From Eledone cirrhosa (lineage: Eukaryota): DNA of 64,000 nt. Shown here piece after piece: positions 1 to 11,333 of the stretch. The position numbers were made by a program, and so were the translations under genes. The notes below the pieces were generated by a model. It saw nothing but the letters and a program-made list of their open reading frames with translations. It was not told where the DNA came from and made no database searches. Numbering within the stretch: the stretch's first letter is position 1; each line of letters begins with the position of its first letter. Location: contig OZ024740.1 of NCBI GenBank assembly GCA_964016885.1, positions 197,470,001 through 197,534,000 of the forward strand. Reading direction: 5' to 3'.

Positions 1-158
1 GGTATTAAACAACCCATTTGTGGCGCCTCCCTCCTATTGGGGATTTCGATTGTTGAAATTGTTTGTTTTTATATTTTTTACACGACTGAATGTAAAATCC
101 CCGGCATGTCTTTGTATTGTCCCCTTTTCTTGTTGCGCACTTGTGGCTAATAAAGAAA
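1..158 (+). mobile_element. 3' end of a Tx1-like LINE (related subfamily), directly upstream of the next copy
   Basis: Ends in TGTGGCTAATAAAGAAA, the same terminus as at 5579-5595 and 42526-42542. Upstream motifs (CTATTGGGGA, TTGTATT..TCCCCTT) are shared with those 3' UTRs. Followed by a TATC/TC tract. Confidence 0.75.
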
Positions 159-373
159 TCTAGCTATCTCTCTCTCTCTCTATCAGACGTGTGTAACTTC
201 GCGGAGAACTTTCCGTTAATTTATGTAAGAAAAAAACGTGAGTTTTTAGTTAAATTTTATATCATCGTGTAACTTGACCCCCCGTCTGAACCTTCAGGTG
301 GTGGGTCAACTCATTTTCGCACCTATTTCTCCATCGAATCTTGGAAAAAATATTGTAAAATTTTGATTACGTT

Positions 374-2315
374 ATGAACACTGCGTCCAACGATAATGGT
401 GGTGGAGAGGCGGTAAGACTATAAAGCTCGCAGTCAACATCGTCTTCTTCTCTTTCCTCATTAGATACTATAGAGATGGAAAGACGAAATGAAAATGCAA
501 AAACAAATTCATATCCAAACAACACAAATGACCCCAAACAGTTCAATGACAACAAAAATAACAGCAACACCAATAATGATGATAAAAACAACAATGATAA
601 CAACAAAGAAAAAAAGAAAGACAACACCAATAACACCAGCATCAAAGACAACAACAACACCAAGGAAAATACGAATAATTTCAACATCGGTGACAACAAG
701 AATAACAACAACAATAACAACAATAATGACAACACCACCAACACGGATAATTCCACAAAGAAACCAAAATCTCCTTTGCACAGACAGTTCAAAAAAAGGA
801 GGACTGATATATCTCGACATAACAAATGCCGAACAACTTTTAAAGGACGCTAGGAGATATGTCACTTTCGATAAAAATGGTGCTTTCAGCATCAATTCTC
901 CGGTAGAAATTCGCAAGGAAACTGCTCTCAAAACGATAGTTTTTAGGACAGTTTCCAATTCTACCCGAAAACCAGTCCAATTGTCACGGAAAGGAATTGA
1001 ACTGGTTTTCAAAAATTCAATGAATGATATTGCATTCATTCAAAGAAGCAAACTTTTTGGGAGTATTTCGGTACTCATGAAGGATCAATTGACGGCCCAA
1101 AATTACTCTGTGTCGCCAATTGTATCCAACCTGTACACCCTTTTCCCTACATACATGGGAAAAAGGACACAAAAGATCAAAATTACGAGTGTCACACCAA
1201 AGGTGAACATATGGTGGATACTGTGCGGCTTCATCAATTTTGATGAAGACAGAATACTGTCAGTAGGAAAGTCCCCCAGAGATGTATTCAATGGGACTAG
1301 CATTGAAGTTCTGGTGCAAATGAGCCCAGAGCGAATAGCTATGATCCCACAACGTGTACTCCTGGACGGACTCACCTACATAAACTTTTCGGTTGAGAGT
1401 AGGCGGCCTTCATGTTACCATTGCTTTAGCAGGGGTCACCTGAGGGCTTCCTGTCCTAAATTAATGAATACAAAAAAGGCTCTTCTGCCGACACCCATCA
1501 AAACAACACAACCACCAACACCACCACAACAACAACAACACCTACACACAAAAATAACCACAACAAACACAGTCCCACCCAACCCCACTCCACCTAAAAC
1601 CACTGCAAAATCACATACAGACACAACAGCTCCCCAAAACATACCCCTCACCAATCACACAGACGATACAACAGATGAGGCTATCTCGCCATCACCCAGT
1701 GAAGACGAGGGAGAACCCCATCGCTCGAAAAGAAAGAAAAGACATCACAAAAGCAAAAAACCAGCAAACACTACCACAAACATACAACCACCAACACAAA
1801 CAACAAAAACATCACAAACAAAACCCCCACCTCCTGAAAACAAAATACCTACAACAAAACGAAAGCACACACAAGAACTACAGACAAAAACAAACACAAC
1901 ACAAGAAAATTACACTTACACTTACATAAACACTGAAAACAAAACACTAATGGAGACCATCACGAACGACCCTTTCGCCCACTCTATTAAAAATAACAAA
2001 AAACTGAACCTAAAACTGATTAGGGTCCCTATACAAACTTATAGGTCCCTAAAAGAAACATTTGAGAAGGATGTGGGGAATTCCTGCGTGAAACCACTTA
2101 ACCGCGTTCTTCTCAAATGTCTCCCCACCCCAGACACCCCCATCCCACAAGACCCCGCCCCACCAAACATCTCCGTCCCCACCCCGCCGGAAACCACCAC
2201 CCAGACAATCACTCCAACACCCCCATGGAAATCGTGCGGCCTGGTCCCCAGGAGACGAAAGGTGAGTGATCTCTTTTCCTCTTTTAACTTTTCAGCACCA
2301 ACATGGCCAATATAA
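374..2315 (+). pseudogene. Tx1 ORF1 (Asn-rich N-terminus, gag-like zinc knuckle, Thr/Pro/Lys-rich tail)
   Basis: CYHCFSRGHLRASC is C-X2-C-X4-H-X4-C. ATG 374 is homologous to 36961. Premature TAA at ~422 (CAA in copy 2) and a 1-nt frameshift near 768. Confidence 0.8.
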
Positions 2316-5300
2316 GAGTTGGATGTGTGAACGTACGCGGCCTGGGGATGCCCTGGAAACAGGGCAAACTCTTAAACGACCTGCGGAAACACCTGGGCCT
2401 CGTAACACAGACGGTACATCTGGACCCGGAGGGTCGACTGGTGGTCCTAGACGTTGACGGTAGTGAAGATGGAGCCTTCAGGCTGGTGGCCGCATATGCC
2501 CCACCCGGGACACCGCGGCCAGACTTCTTCAAACGTCTAGAGATTTTTCTGGGAACGTCCCGCTCCTTGCTTTTAGTGGGGGACTGGAATGGAATCCTAG
2601 ATGCACGTTGGGACTATGTGGGAGCTTGTCTCGATAAAGGGGGGTGTAACAGCCTCAAACAGTTAATCGACCGATTTGACCTGGCCGATAGATATCGACT
2701 AGATTTTCCGACTGCGCCACTGTGGACGTGGAGTAATCGTAACGGAACATCTAGATCGTACCTAGATAGGGTTCTAGTTAGAAATAAGGATAGGGACATG
2801 TTAAGCTGTCCACAAATGTTCATGGTTGCCTATTCAGATCACAAACTACTGACCTGCATGTCCAACCTTGATAGAACCCATAGACAAAGACCCGGCTACT
2901 GGAAGCTGAACTTGTCGTTACCGACAAGCAAACCCTACAGTAGACGGATTAGCACTTTAGTTAAACAGCACTTGACAGGGGCCATTGTCAACAACAGATG
3001 GTGGTACTCTCTCAAGGGGGCAGTTAGATTAGACTCGATAGTTTTTAGTAAATAATTAGCGTTAGATAGAAATAGAACCGAGAAGGAACTGGTAGATAAA
3101 GTAGAAGAGGCAATTAGAAGTGGCAACGTAGCCAGCGTGCTAGCAACGAGAACGGCCTTGGACCAGTTCTTCGACGCAAAGCACGAGGGCTGCGTTGTCA
3201 GAAGCAAAATACGTGCTCTGGGAAACGAGGGAGTCAAAGCTGTTAGCTGGGCCCGAGTGACGGAGGCAAAAAGTGGCAACAAGTCCACGATTCGGTCTTT
3301 GAAGGACCAAAACGGACGCGTGATACGTGAGCCGAAGCAGATGTGTGCGGCCTTTTAGCGGCACTTTGCTCAACTGTTCGGGAGGGGCGGCGCGCCGGGA
3401 GCGGCTATGGATTTCGGTCCATACCTCGACGGCCTACCGCGACTCTCGGACAGCGAGGCAAAGTTCTGCGAAAAGCCGATTTCAGCCGCTGAGATAGGGG
3501 ACGCGCTGAGCCAATGCGGCAAACGCAAATCTCCAGGTCTCGACGGTCTACCCTACGAATTTTACGTAGCATTGCCGGACTTGTTCTCCGGTCTCCTGGA
3601 AGAGGTCTACTGCAACTGGCAACAGAACGGGAGAATTCCCAGTTCTGTAACCGGGGGCGTGGTCACACTAATCAGGAAGGACGAGAATAAGGGGGATGAC
3701 ATAGGCAACTTCCGGCCCACAGAGTTACAGATTTGGAGTTGACAAAGAGGCTGGCTCTTGTCATCGAGAACCTGGTGGGAGAAGCGCAGACATGCGCAAT
3801 CCCGACCAGGTCCATACACGACAACCTCCACCTCATGCGATACATCATAGAGTGGGTAGGGTGTAAACCCGGCTTCGGTGGGGCCCTGATCAACTTGGAT
3901 CAGTCTAAGGCATTCGATAGGGTTGACCATCGTTACCTGGATGCGGTGCTCAGGGCGGCAGGCTTCGGACCCGTGTTCAGGGTCTGGATTGCTGCAATGT
4001 ACAACAGCAACGTCTGCTCAAGGGTCAAGGTGAACGGCTACCTCTCAGAGCCGTTCCATATTACGCGATCCATTCGACAGGGATGCCCTCTCTCCTCCCT
4101 TCTGTACGTACTGACTCTCAAGCCACTACTGCGGAAGTTGGAGCTATTGCAGGGCATCCCTCTGGAACCGGTATTGCGGAAAGCGGTCTGGTTTGGTCCG
4201 GACCTCCAGGTGGAGAAGAACTGGAACGAAGTGACGGCCAAGGTGTTTGCACTCACCCAGAAGTGGGCCGAGTGCAAACTATCCTTGAAAGGTCGAGCGG
4301 AGGTGGCGAACACTTTTATAGCGTCCGCCATCTACTACCGCTTGACCGTCGTGCCTTGTCCAGCCAAAACGCTCGCCAAAATGGAGCGCGCGCTCTTCCG
4401 ATTCCATTGGAAGAGGCGGGCTCCTTTGGTGAGAAGATCCATCTGCTGCCAACACCCTTCTAACGGATGGCTGGGACGCCGTGGTTGACGATACGCAAAC
4501 ACGCGCTCAGGCTGCGGCATCTCTACGTATTCCTCACCGGACAACCGGTGTGGGCCCCGTTCGTGAGGCGAGCCTTCCCACGACTCGTCTCGCTGACCGA
4601 GCTGCAGTCCTGGGTCAAGCAAAGACCGAGGAAAATGGGCGACTGGCACATCGAATGTGCTCAGGCGCTCACAGCCCTCTGGCAGGCGGACCCGGCGATC
4701 AGTGGAGACTCCACTTCGTCATTCTATAGAGGGTTGATCCGCAGCAAGTGCGACGACGCGCTCGGTGAAACTCTAGGCGTAGAGGAAGATGAACTGGCCA
4801 GTCTGTTCGATAGGACCTTCCGCCTGGGACCGATGGACAACTTCCAAAAGTCCCTGGCCTGGCAGTGCTACCGAGAGCTCTACCAGTTCGAGACAAGCTC
4901 TACAGACATGGGCGCCCGGGCAGGGACCCTGCATAAAAGATCTGTCCGAGGTGCGTGCGAGACGAAGAAACCGTCGCGCATGCATTCATACACTGCCCGG
5001 GCGTCACTGACCTGTGGGGCTATGTAGAACGACTATTGCCGCGGGTGGGACCAATCCGGTTGACCACCGACTCCATTGTCATGATCAAACCGCCACCCTC
5101 CTTCAAAAACGAAGGAGAGGCGGTTTTCCTTTGTGTGATAGCTATGGCGAAAGAGGTTGTATGGTGGACAAGGTTGAAAGGGCTGAGTTCAGACACCTTT
5201 CTCTCCGGCCAACAACTGATTCTTTTTTTCAAATACCACTTTGGAAGGAGAATCAGGATGGAGAGAGAGGTTCTGTACCCCAGCAAGTTTTATGAAAGGT

Positions 5301-5359
5301 GGATGAAAGTGGCGAGAATGGCCCGAGTGAATGGGCCTTCTCTCTATATCAGCCTGTAG
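2303..5359 (+). pseudogene. Tx1 ORF2 (APE endonuclease, reverse transcriptase, Zn finger), multiple stops, frameshifts and deletions
   Basis: NVRGL, GDWN, SYLDR and SDH (APE); KSPGLDGLP, LDQSKAFDRV and IRQGCPLS (RT); CPRC..ETVAHAFIHC. Overlaps ORF1 by 13 nt. Confidence 0.92.
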
Positions 5360-5597
5360 TTTGAGGAAAAGGAGGAGGAGAGGAAAGGAGTACAAACTCT
5401 TCGTACTCCTGGAGATGAGGGTTGCACATTTATTAGGGGGTATGTGTTACCCATATAAACTGTCTCCACTATTGGGGAAAATCGACTAACTTTTTAAATT
5501 GCATTTGTGATAACATTTTACACGTTTTTATTGTATGTAAACTTCCCCCGTTGTATTTGTCCCCTTCTTTTGTGCCCCTGTGGCTAATAAAGAAACA

Positions 5598-5667
<70 letters not shown>
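5598..5667. repeat. (TATC)n microsatellite at the Tx1 3' junction
   Basis: Perfect tetranucleotide run. Confidence 0.95.
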
Positions 5668-5709
5668 CACATATGCACAGTAAATACACAGGTCTCATAC
5701 ATAATATAT

Positions 5710-6128
5710 TGTAATGAAATGGAATACTATACTATACTATAATATATATGTACAGCCACCGGAAATAACATCTGTCCTTACCAGTGAAATAAACAACTCT
5801 ATCTATCTGCCTAACTAGCTACCTCACATCAGTGAAACAAACAACCCTTAGGCCACCAAAATAAAACGCCTGCACAGCAGCTAAACATCAAACGATTATT
5901 TTTGTATAAATAGAGTGGTTTCAAACGCTTTCGCCAGTCGACCTTTGGCAGAGTCAGCTAGCGTATCGTTGTTCCTCTCCTCTGCCACGCTTGTCACTCA
6001 CATACGCCTTGTACCTCTGTATCGTCGCTTCACGTATGGAATAAATCGCTGAACGAAACTACATCTCTTGCCTGCACGTCCTTTCAACTTCTTCCGTCGT
6101 CTGTTCAGCCTTACCGTGTGCGATAACA
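5710..6128 (+). mobile_element. Possible solo LTR
   Basis: TGTAAT...ATAACA termini, TATAAA at ~5905, AATAAA at ~6040. No TSD and no second copy in the window. Confidence 0.3.
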
Positions 6129-6914
6129 GTCCTTTTAAGGGCTATTCTCAGATATCTAAATAAGCGAGCACTCTGCCGCTCATATCGAATTTTGTTTATC
6201 GTGAACTCGTGCGCCGATTTTTCGATACTCGATCATTCTAATATATTTAGCCCTGGACATAGCTATCCACCAGTTAATTTTATTGTTCATTTTTTGTCGA
6301 TTCTATTGAGTGATGAATAGCTCCTGTTTATTTTAACATATCTATTGAGCACTTTTATTCGATATGTGTATTTCCACATTTTCTCGAATAGTTTTCGCGG
6401 ATGTAGAGGTTATCTCCCTTGCCGAATTCCATGTGCGTATTTAGCCTGGGTTAAGCCATTTTATCCGTTCGGACGAAGCTCGTTGAAGAAGTAAATTTCC
6501 TGTCCGCTGAATTCTAGAAGTCTTATATATTTATATGTGAGCTGATAGAGAACAGTTTAAGGATTTACAGAAACCCATGAAGCTAGATTTAACATCTTCC
6601 TAGCGGGTCCGGGTATGCATTTTACATTCATTTAATTTATTGAATTATTGATATTTTTTATCTGAGTGTCCCGAATCTTCCGTTATCGTAATTTTTCGAT
6701 CGTACGGTTGATTATAGACTTGTTCTATGTGTGACGGTATTATAACGATAGTTATAGCTCTGATTTATCTAAATCAGCGAGCACTCTGCCGCTCATATCG
6801 AATTTTGTTTATCGTGAACTCGTGCGCCGATTTTTCGATACTCGATCATTCTAATATATTGTATATATATAAATATATAATAAATGTAATCTGAGTTTTT
6901 CGAATATTAATAAT

Positions 6915-7087
6915 TGTTTCTACTTTTGGCACAAGGCTAGCGCATTACTGGTACTTTATTTATCGACCCCGAAAGGATGAAAGGCAAAGTTAACCTCGGC
7001 GGGATTTGAACTCAGAATGGAAAATGCCATAACTATGCGTCAAAGCATGGTGTCCGACCCTCTACCGATACTGCCAATCCACCGTCC
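6915..7087 (-). mobile_element. tRNA-derived SINE with Deu/Nin-like core, 14-bp TSD
   Basis: Minus strand has a B box GAGTTCAAATCCC and core TTTGCCTTTCATCCTTTCGGGGTCGATAAA. TSD CGAATATTAATAAT at 6901-6914 and 7088-7101. Confidence 0.9.
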
Positions 7088-7201
7088 CGAATATTAATAA
7101 TAACATTCTATTCGTTTGCAATTAAGCAAACAAGCCTCATTTTTAAAGCCATGTCAGTAGAATGAACCCTTCATTCTTGCTCTTGTGTTGGCATGTAAAT
7201 A

Positions 7202-7251
7202 GAACTGCAGACACTAATGTTTCTGGGTATCACCCTTCATCAGTACAGCTC
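7202..7251 (-). ncRNA. Type I hammerhead ribozyme (family A)
   Basis: GAGCUGUA-CUGAUGA-A-GGGU(GAU)ACCC-A-GAAA-CA(UUAG)UG-UC^UGCAGUUC. Stem I has 8 bp, the core is intact and the site is GUC. Confidence 0.85.
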
Positions 7252-7566
7252 ACTGTTCACCTGCCAACTGTCAGAGCTAGTGAAAATATATGCTATTTTC
7301 TAAAATATACAGTGACTGATCGACCTGATTTCTATATTAGCAGATCCACAGATTCAGATTTGCATATCAGCAGACTGGCCAGTCAATTTTACGTAGAGCG
7401 AAAATTTTTATTTTTATTTGAATGTGGCAAAGCCGGACATTTATCGCTTGTATACAGGAAACTGACTGGCCAGTCTGCTAATATGCAAATCAGGCCGATC
7501 AGTCACTGTATATTTTAGAAAATAGCATATATTTTCACTAGCTCTGACAGTTGGCAGGTGAACAGT

Positions 7567-7616
7567 GAGCTGTACTAATGAAGGGTGATACCCAGAAACA
7601 TTAGTGTTTGCAGTTC
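7567..7616 (+). ncRNA. Family A hammerhead, mutated core (CUAAUGA, GUU site)
   Basis: Same fold as 7202-7251 with a G5A substitution, so probably inactive. Confidence 0.7.
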
Positions 7617-7784
7617 TGTTTGCATGCCAACACAAGAGCAAGAATGAAGGGTTCATTCTACCGACATGGCTTTAAAAATGAGGCTTGTTTGCATAATTGC
7701 AAACGAATCGAATGTTATTATCAATATTCGAAAAACTCAGATTACATTTATTGTATTCAGCCATGTAGAGCGAACATTAAAAAA

Positions 7785-7833
<49 letters not shown>

Positions 7834-7838
<5 letters not shown>

Positions 7839-9978
7839 ATAATAATAAATTTGAAGACTAAAATCCAAAGAGGGCTCGATAAGGATAAATATATATCACA
7901 TATATAAGAACCGTAGAGCAAATATTTATTAAAATAACAGATTAAAGTTTAAGCAAAGAATCGCTGCTTTCACCCTTAACGGGATCTTCTGAAACTAAAA
8001 AAGTCAATCTGTGAACGCAGAAGTAAATATTTCAAAAAACGTTGCAACGGAAGGAAGACAGGAAGATGATACTTTGGTTCGTGGTAACGTTCCCTGGCAA
8101 AGAACGGAAAAAAATGAAAATAATACGTCATTATTTGGAGAGGTGAAAAACAATTACACGCAAAGACAGAACCACGTTTATGGTATAAAAGAAGTCGTAG
8201 ACTAAAATTCTAACTAGGAAACCGAATGATTCTCCGCTTCAGAGTTAAGAATAAAGTAAATAAAATACAGAGGTAATTGAAATTAAATAAATACATACAC
8301 GCATCAAAATACGTACATACACAAGCATACGCGAAAACACTCGCCATAGGTATACAAATACACGCACATATAAATATGTGTGTGTGTGTGTGTGCGTGTA
8401 AAACATAATATATATAAATATACACACATAAATACGTATATAATGCGCGCACACACATACCTACATGTAAATACACATATGTTCGCGGACGTGCGTCAAC
8501 TAAAACACAAAGTACACATATACACACACCCTACATGCGTACGAACCCGCATACTCACACAGACGCAAAACTCACGTATACACATAACCAAAAGCATATG
8601 TACCAGAATATATAAAATATATGCCATAAGATATACAATTAAATATACGTACGAGAAAGTATACGTATCTTCACAAAATATACAGGTAATATATACTTAC
8701 CTATGCGAATAAGTAATGGTATAAACATAACATATATTTAACTACCACATCAAGATGTAAAATATCCGCGAATAGATCGTACTATCCGTTAGGGTATAAT
8801 GTGGGGCTGTAATACAGGAAAGTTTTGTGCAATTTATGTTTACAAGCCGAAATTGCCTCAGATTTTTTGTTTAAGATGTGGTCTGTGGCGTAGAATATTT
8901 CCAGGGCCTCAGCGGTGCAGAGGTCACATGGTCTTTTATTTCCGTTATACGATCTAGCCCTAGCTAGGATCTCCTAGTGTAACTTATATTGGATGTGGTT
9001 GTCTTTTAGACTCCAGATATAAGCTGAAAGTGACGTCATATTCCTTCTTAAAGGGTAACGAAAAGAATGGGTATGCATGTAAAGACGCTGCTTGAATCTA
9101 TTGGCGGTTAACCCTATGTAGGTCCTACGGGATGTGGGTGTTTCAACCTTACATTTGTAGACAATGTTACTAGAGAGGCATTTCCCGGATAGGGGGCAAT
9201 CAACCCGATTCCTACAATTACAGTTAGTACTAACTACAGGGTTGCACGTGTTCCTACGGCTAGGTAATTTAGCTAAATTTGAAGCTGTGATGTTATGTGC
9301 AAGGTTAGGTGTCGTAGAGTAAGAAATTTTAATAGTATTTCTATTAAAACTTTTTACTATATTTATGTGTAGGGGGAAATGCTTCGTAATAAGGGATAGA
9401 AAGATCTTAGCTAATTGTGTGGCCACCTCCATATTATAAGGTGGGTTATACCATATAATGCGTCGGGATCTATTTCTTCTAGGTCTATTCTCGTACTCTG
9501 TATATGCTACCTTATCGACAAATCCACTCCGAGCAAGAGCTTCATTGTAATATGTGGAATGGTCGTTGAAAATATGCTCGTTAGTAGATAGACGGGAAAG
9601 CCTCAACGAAACGTTTCTTACCAGGTTCTTGGTTATGCTGGCAGGATGGTTGGAATGTTTACTTATGTAATTAAGCGTATCATTCGGCTTTCTATATGGG
9701 TAATACAAGCCATTCGATAAACTGAGGGTAACGTCGAGGTAATTAACGACCGATAGGTTGGCCTCAACCTGTATAGAGAGGTTGAAGCCTTTAAAGAAGG
9801 CTGTGTGTTCTTTTCTGAACCTGTCGCAAGCACGAGGGCCGCACTTAGTCGTGGTCAAAAGACCATCATCACGGTACAAACCACCGCCCACGGTGGGGAA
9901 TTCGTCCTTGATAGAGAAAAGAAGGAAAAGGCCGATAAGATCAGTAACCTCCGCAGAATCGCCGGCGCCGATACTATC
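7834..9978 (-). mobile_element. Penelope-like element (Hydra-clade-like), 5'-truncated, with ~950-bp 3' region; family D
   Basis: RT GLYRDDGL and YRKPND; linker CNCRNRVDC (CxCx5C); GIY-YIG-like IVYKC...YIG. Flanked by (TA)n on both sides. Confidence 0.88.
8782..9975 (-). pseudogene. PLE RT C-terminal half plus GIY-YIG endonuclease
   Basis: ORF 8974-10002 in the track. The frame continues past a TGG>TAG stop to CDLC...CKHKLHK, as in the copy at 34540-34836. Confidence 0.88.
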
Positions 9979-10287
9979 GTGATATATATATATATATATC
10001 ACGATAAATTAACGGAGCCATAGACACTCGCTATTCCCTGTCAATAATGTGCTCAAAAGAGAAGGAATCCCGAGCTCTTTAAAATACAATATGTTGAAAA
10101 GGTAACACATTAGAGTGAGATAGTGCGCCATCAATAAAACAGGGAAAAACCACCAGTGTATGGAATCTATAACCTATGAAAGCAGGGTAGACACACTATA
10201 ATTAAAAATATAAATAAAGTGTATATACATACCTCTATAACTATATAACACACACGTACAAATCCAAAGAGATCTGTTTCGCCATAT

Positions 10288-10334
<47 letters not shown>

Positions 10335-10366
10335 AGATCAAAAGATGGTTAAAGGAGTTCCATGTA

Positions 10367-10433
10367 TTTTATTATGCGCATTTCAAAAACAAACATCATC
10401 ATGCAATAATATTTGTGTTTTCATCAGATAAAA
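10367..10433 (-). ncRNA. Type I hammerhead (family B), left arm of an inverted repeat
   Basis: Exact reverse complement of 10511-10577. Confidence 0.8.
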
Positions 10434-10510
10434 CAGGAGAACATGATATGAAGGCTAAAAAACACTTGTGGATAGTGCAGTTTTAAATCAACATATATCA
10501 TGTTCTCCTG

Positions 10511-10577
10511 TTTTATCTGATGAAAACACAAATATTATTGCATGATGATGTTTGTTTTTGAAATGCGCATAATAAAA
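10511..10577 (+). ncRNA. Type I hammerhead (family B)
   Basis: UUUUAU-CUGAUGA-[36-nt stem II AAACACAAAUAUUAU...AUGAUGAUGUUUGUUUUU]-GAAA-UGCGCA-UA^AUAAAA. Stem I is 6 bp perfect and stem III is palindromic. Confidence 0.82.
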
Positions 10578-10700
10578 TACATGGAACTCCTTTAACCATC
10601 TTTTGATCTTATATTATGTATACTCCAGTCCTACAAACTGTAGAGTGCTTCTTATCCGATATCTGCATTGCTTTATTGTACTACAATAAAACTCACCTCC

Positions 10701-10774
<74 letters not shown>

Positions 10775-10831
10775 TTAATAAAAATAATGAATAAAAACAA
10801 AGAAACAGTTCCTTATATTAAAAAATTAATC

Positions 10832-10960
10832 ATTTTACGATCGTTTCTAGGATATATATGTGTGTGTTGGTATGTATATCATATAGATCTATGTAAAAAT
10901 GTTTACAAACTATCAAAGGGAATATACATACCTACACATATATATGCTGTCTTCAGAAAT
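10832..10960 (-). ncRNA. Type I hammerhead with ~100-nt stem II
   Basis: AUUU-CUGAAGA-[AUAUAUGUGUAGGUAUGUAUAU...AUAUACAUACC..ACACAUAUAU]-GAAAC-GAUC-GUA^AAAU. Confidence 0.7.
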
Positions 10961-11031
10961 ACTATGATATTTGGATTACATTGAGTTCTTCATACGGATT
11001 GGACACTACTGTATATTTTGGTAGATTTATC

Positions 11032-11105
<74 letters not shown>

Positions 11106-11138
11106 TGCGTATGTGTGTATTTTAAAATAAATAAATAA

Positions 11139-11199
<61 letters not shown>

Positions 11200-11289
11200 T
11201 GTGTGTGTGTGTGTGTGTGTATTTTAAAATAAATAAATAAATATATATATATATATATATCTATATCTATATCTATATCTATATCTATA

Positions 11290-11311
<22 letters not shown>

Positions 11312-11333
<22 letters not shown>

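Larger units (their letters stand above)
185..5595 (+). mobile_element. Tx1/L1-clade non-LTR retrotransposon, copy 1, near full length, inactivated
   Basis: ORF1 with CCHC knuckle plus ORF2 with APE, RT and a C-terminal Zn finger. The 5' end AGACGTGTGTAACTTCGCGGAGAA is shared with 36742. 3' AATAAAGAAA is followed by (TATC)n. Confidence 0.92.
6879..7774. mobile_element. Non-autonomous hammerhead-containing repeat, family A (inverted pair of ~372-nt units) in a (TA)n tract
   Basis: Minus arm 6879-7385 (interrupted by a SINE) and plus arm 7393-7774 are reverse complements. Homologous to 47271-47859. Confidence 0.85.

Noticed and set aside
489-770. N-terminal part of the 608-aa ORF (Thr-rich)
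   Set aside because: Wrong frame. Copy 2 shows the real ORF1 N-terminus is the Asn-rich frame, joined by a frameshift near 768.
367-825. Leu-rich membrane-like ORF on minus (also 36819-37349)
   Set aside because: Antisense shadow of the AAC-rich Tx1 ORF1.
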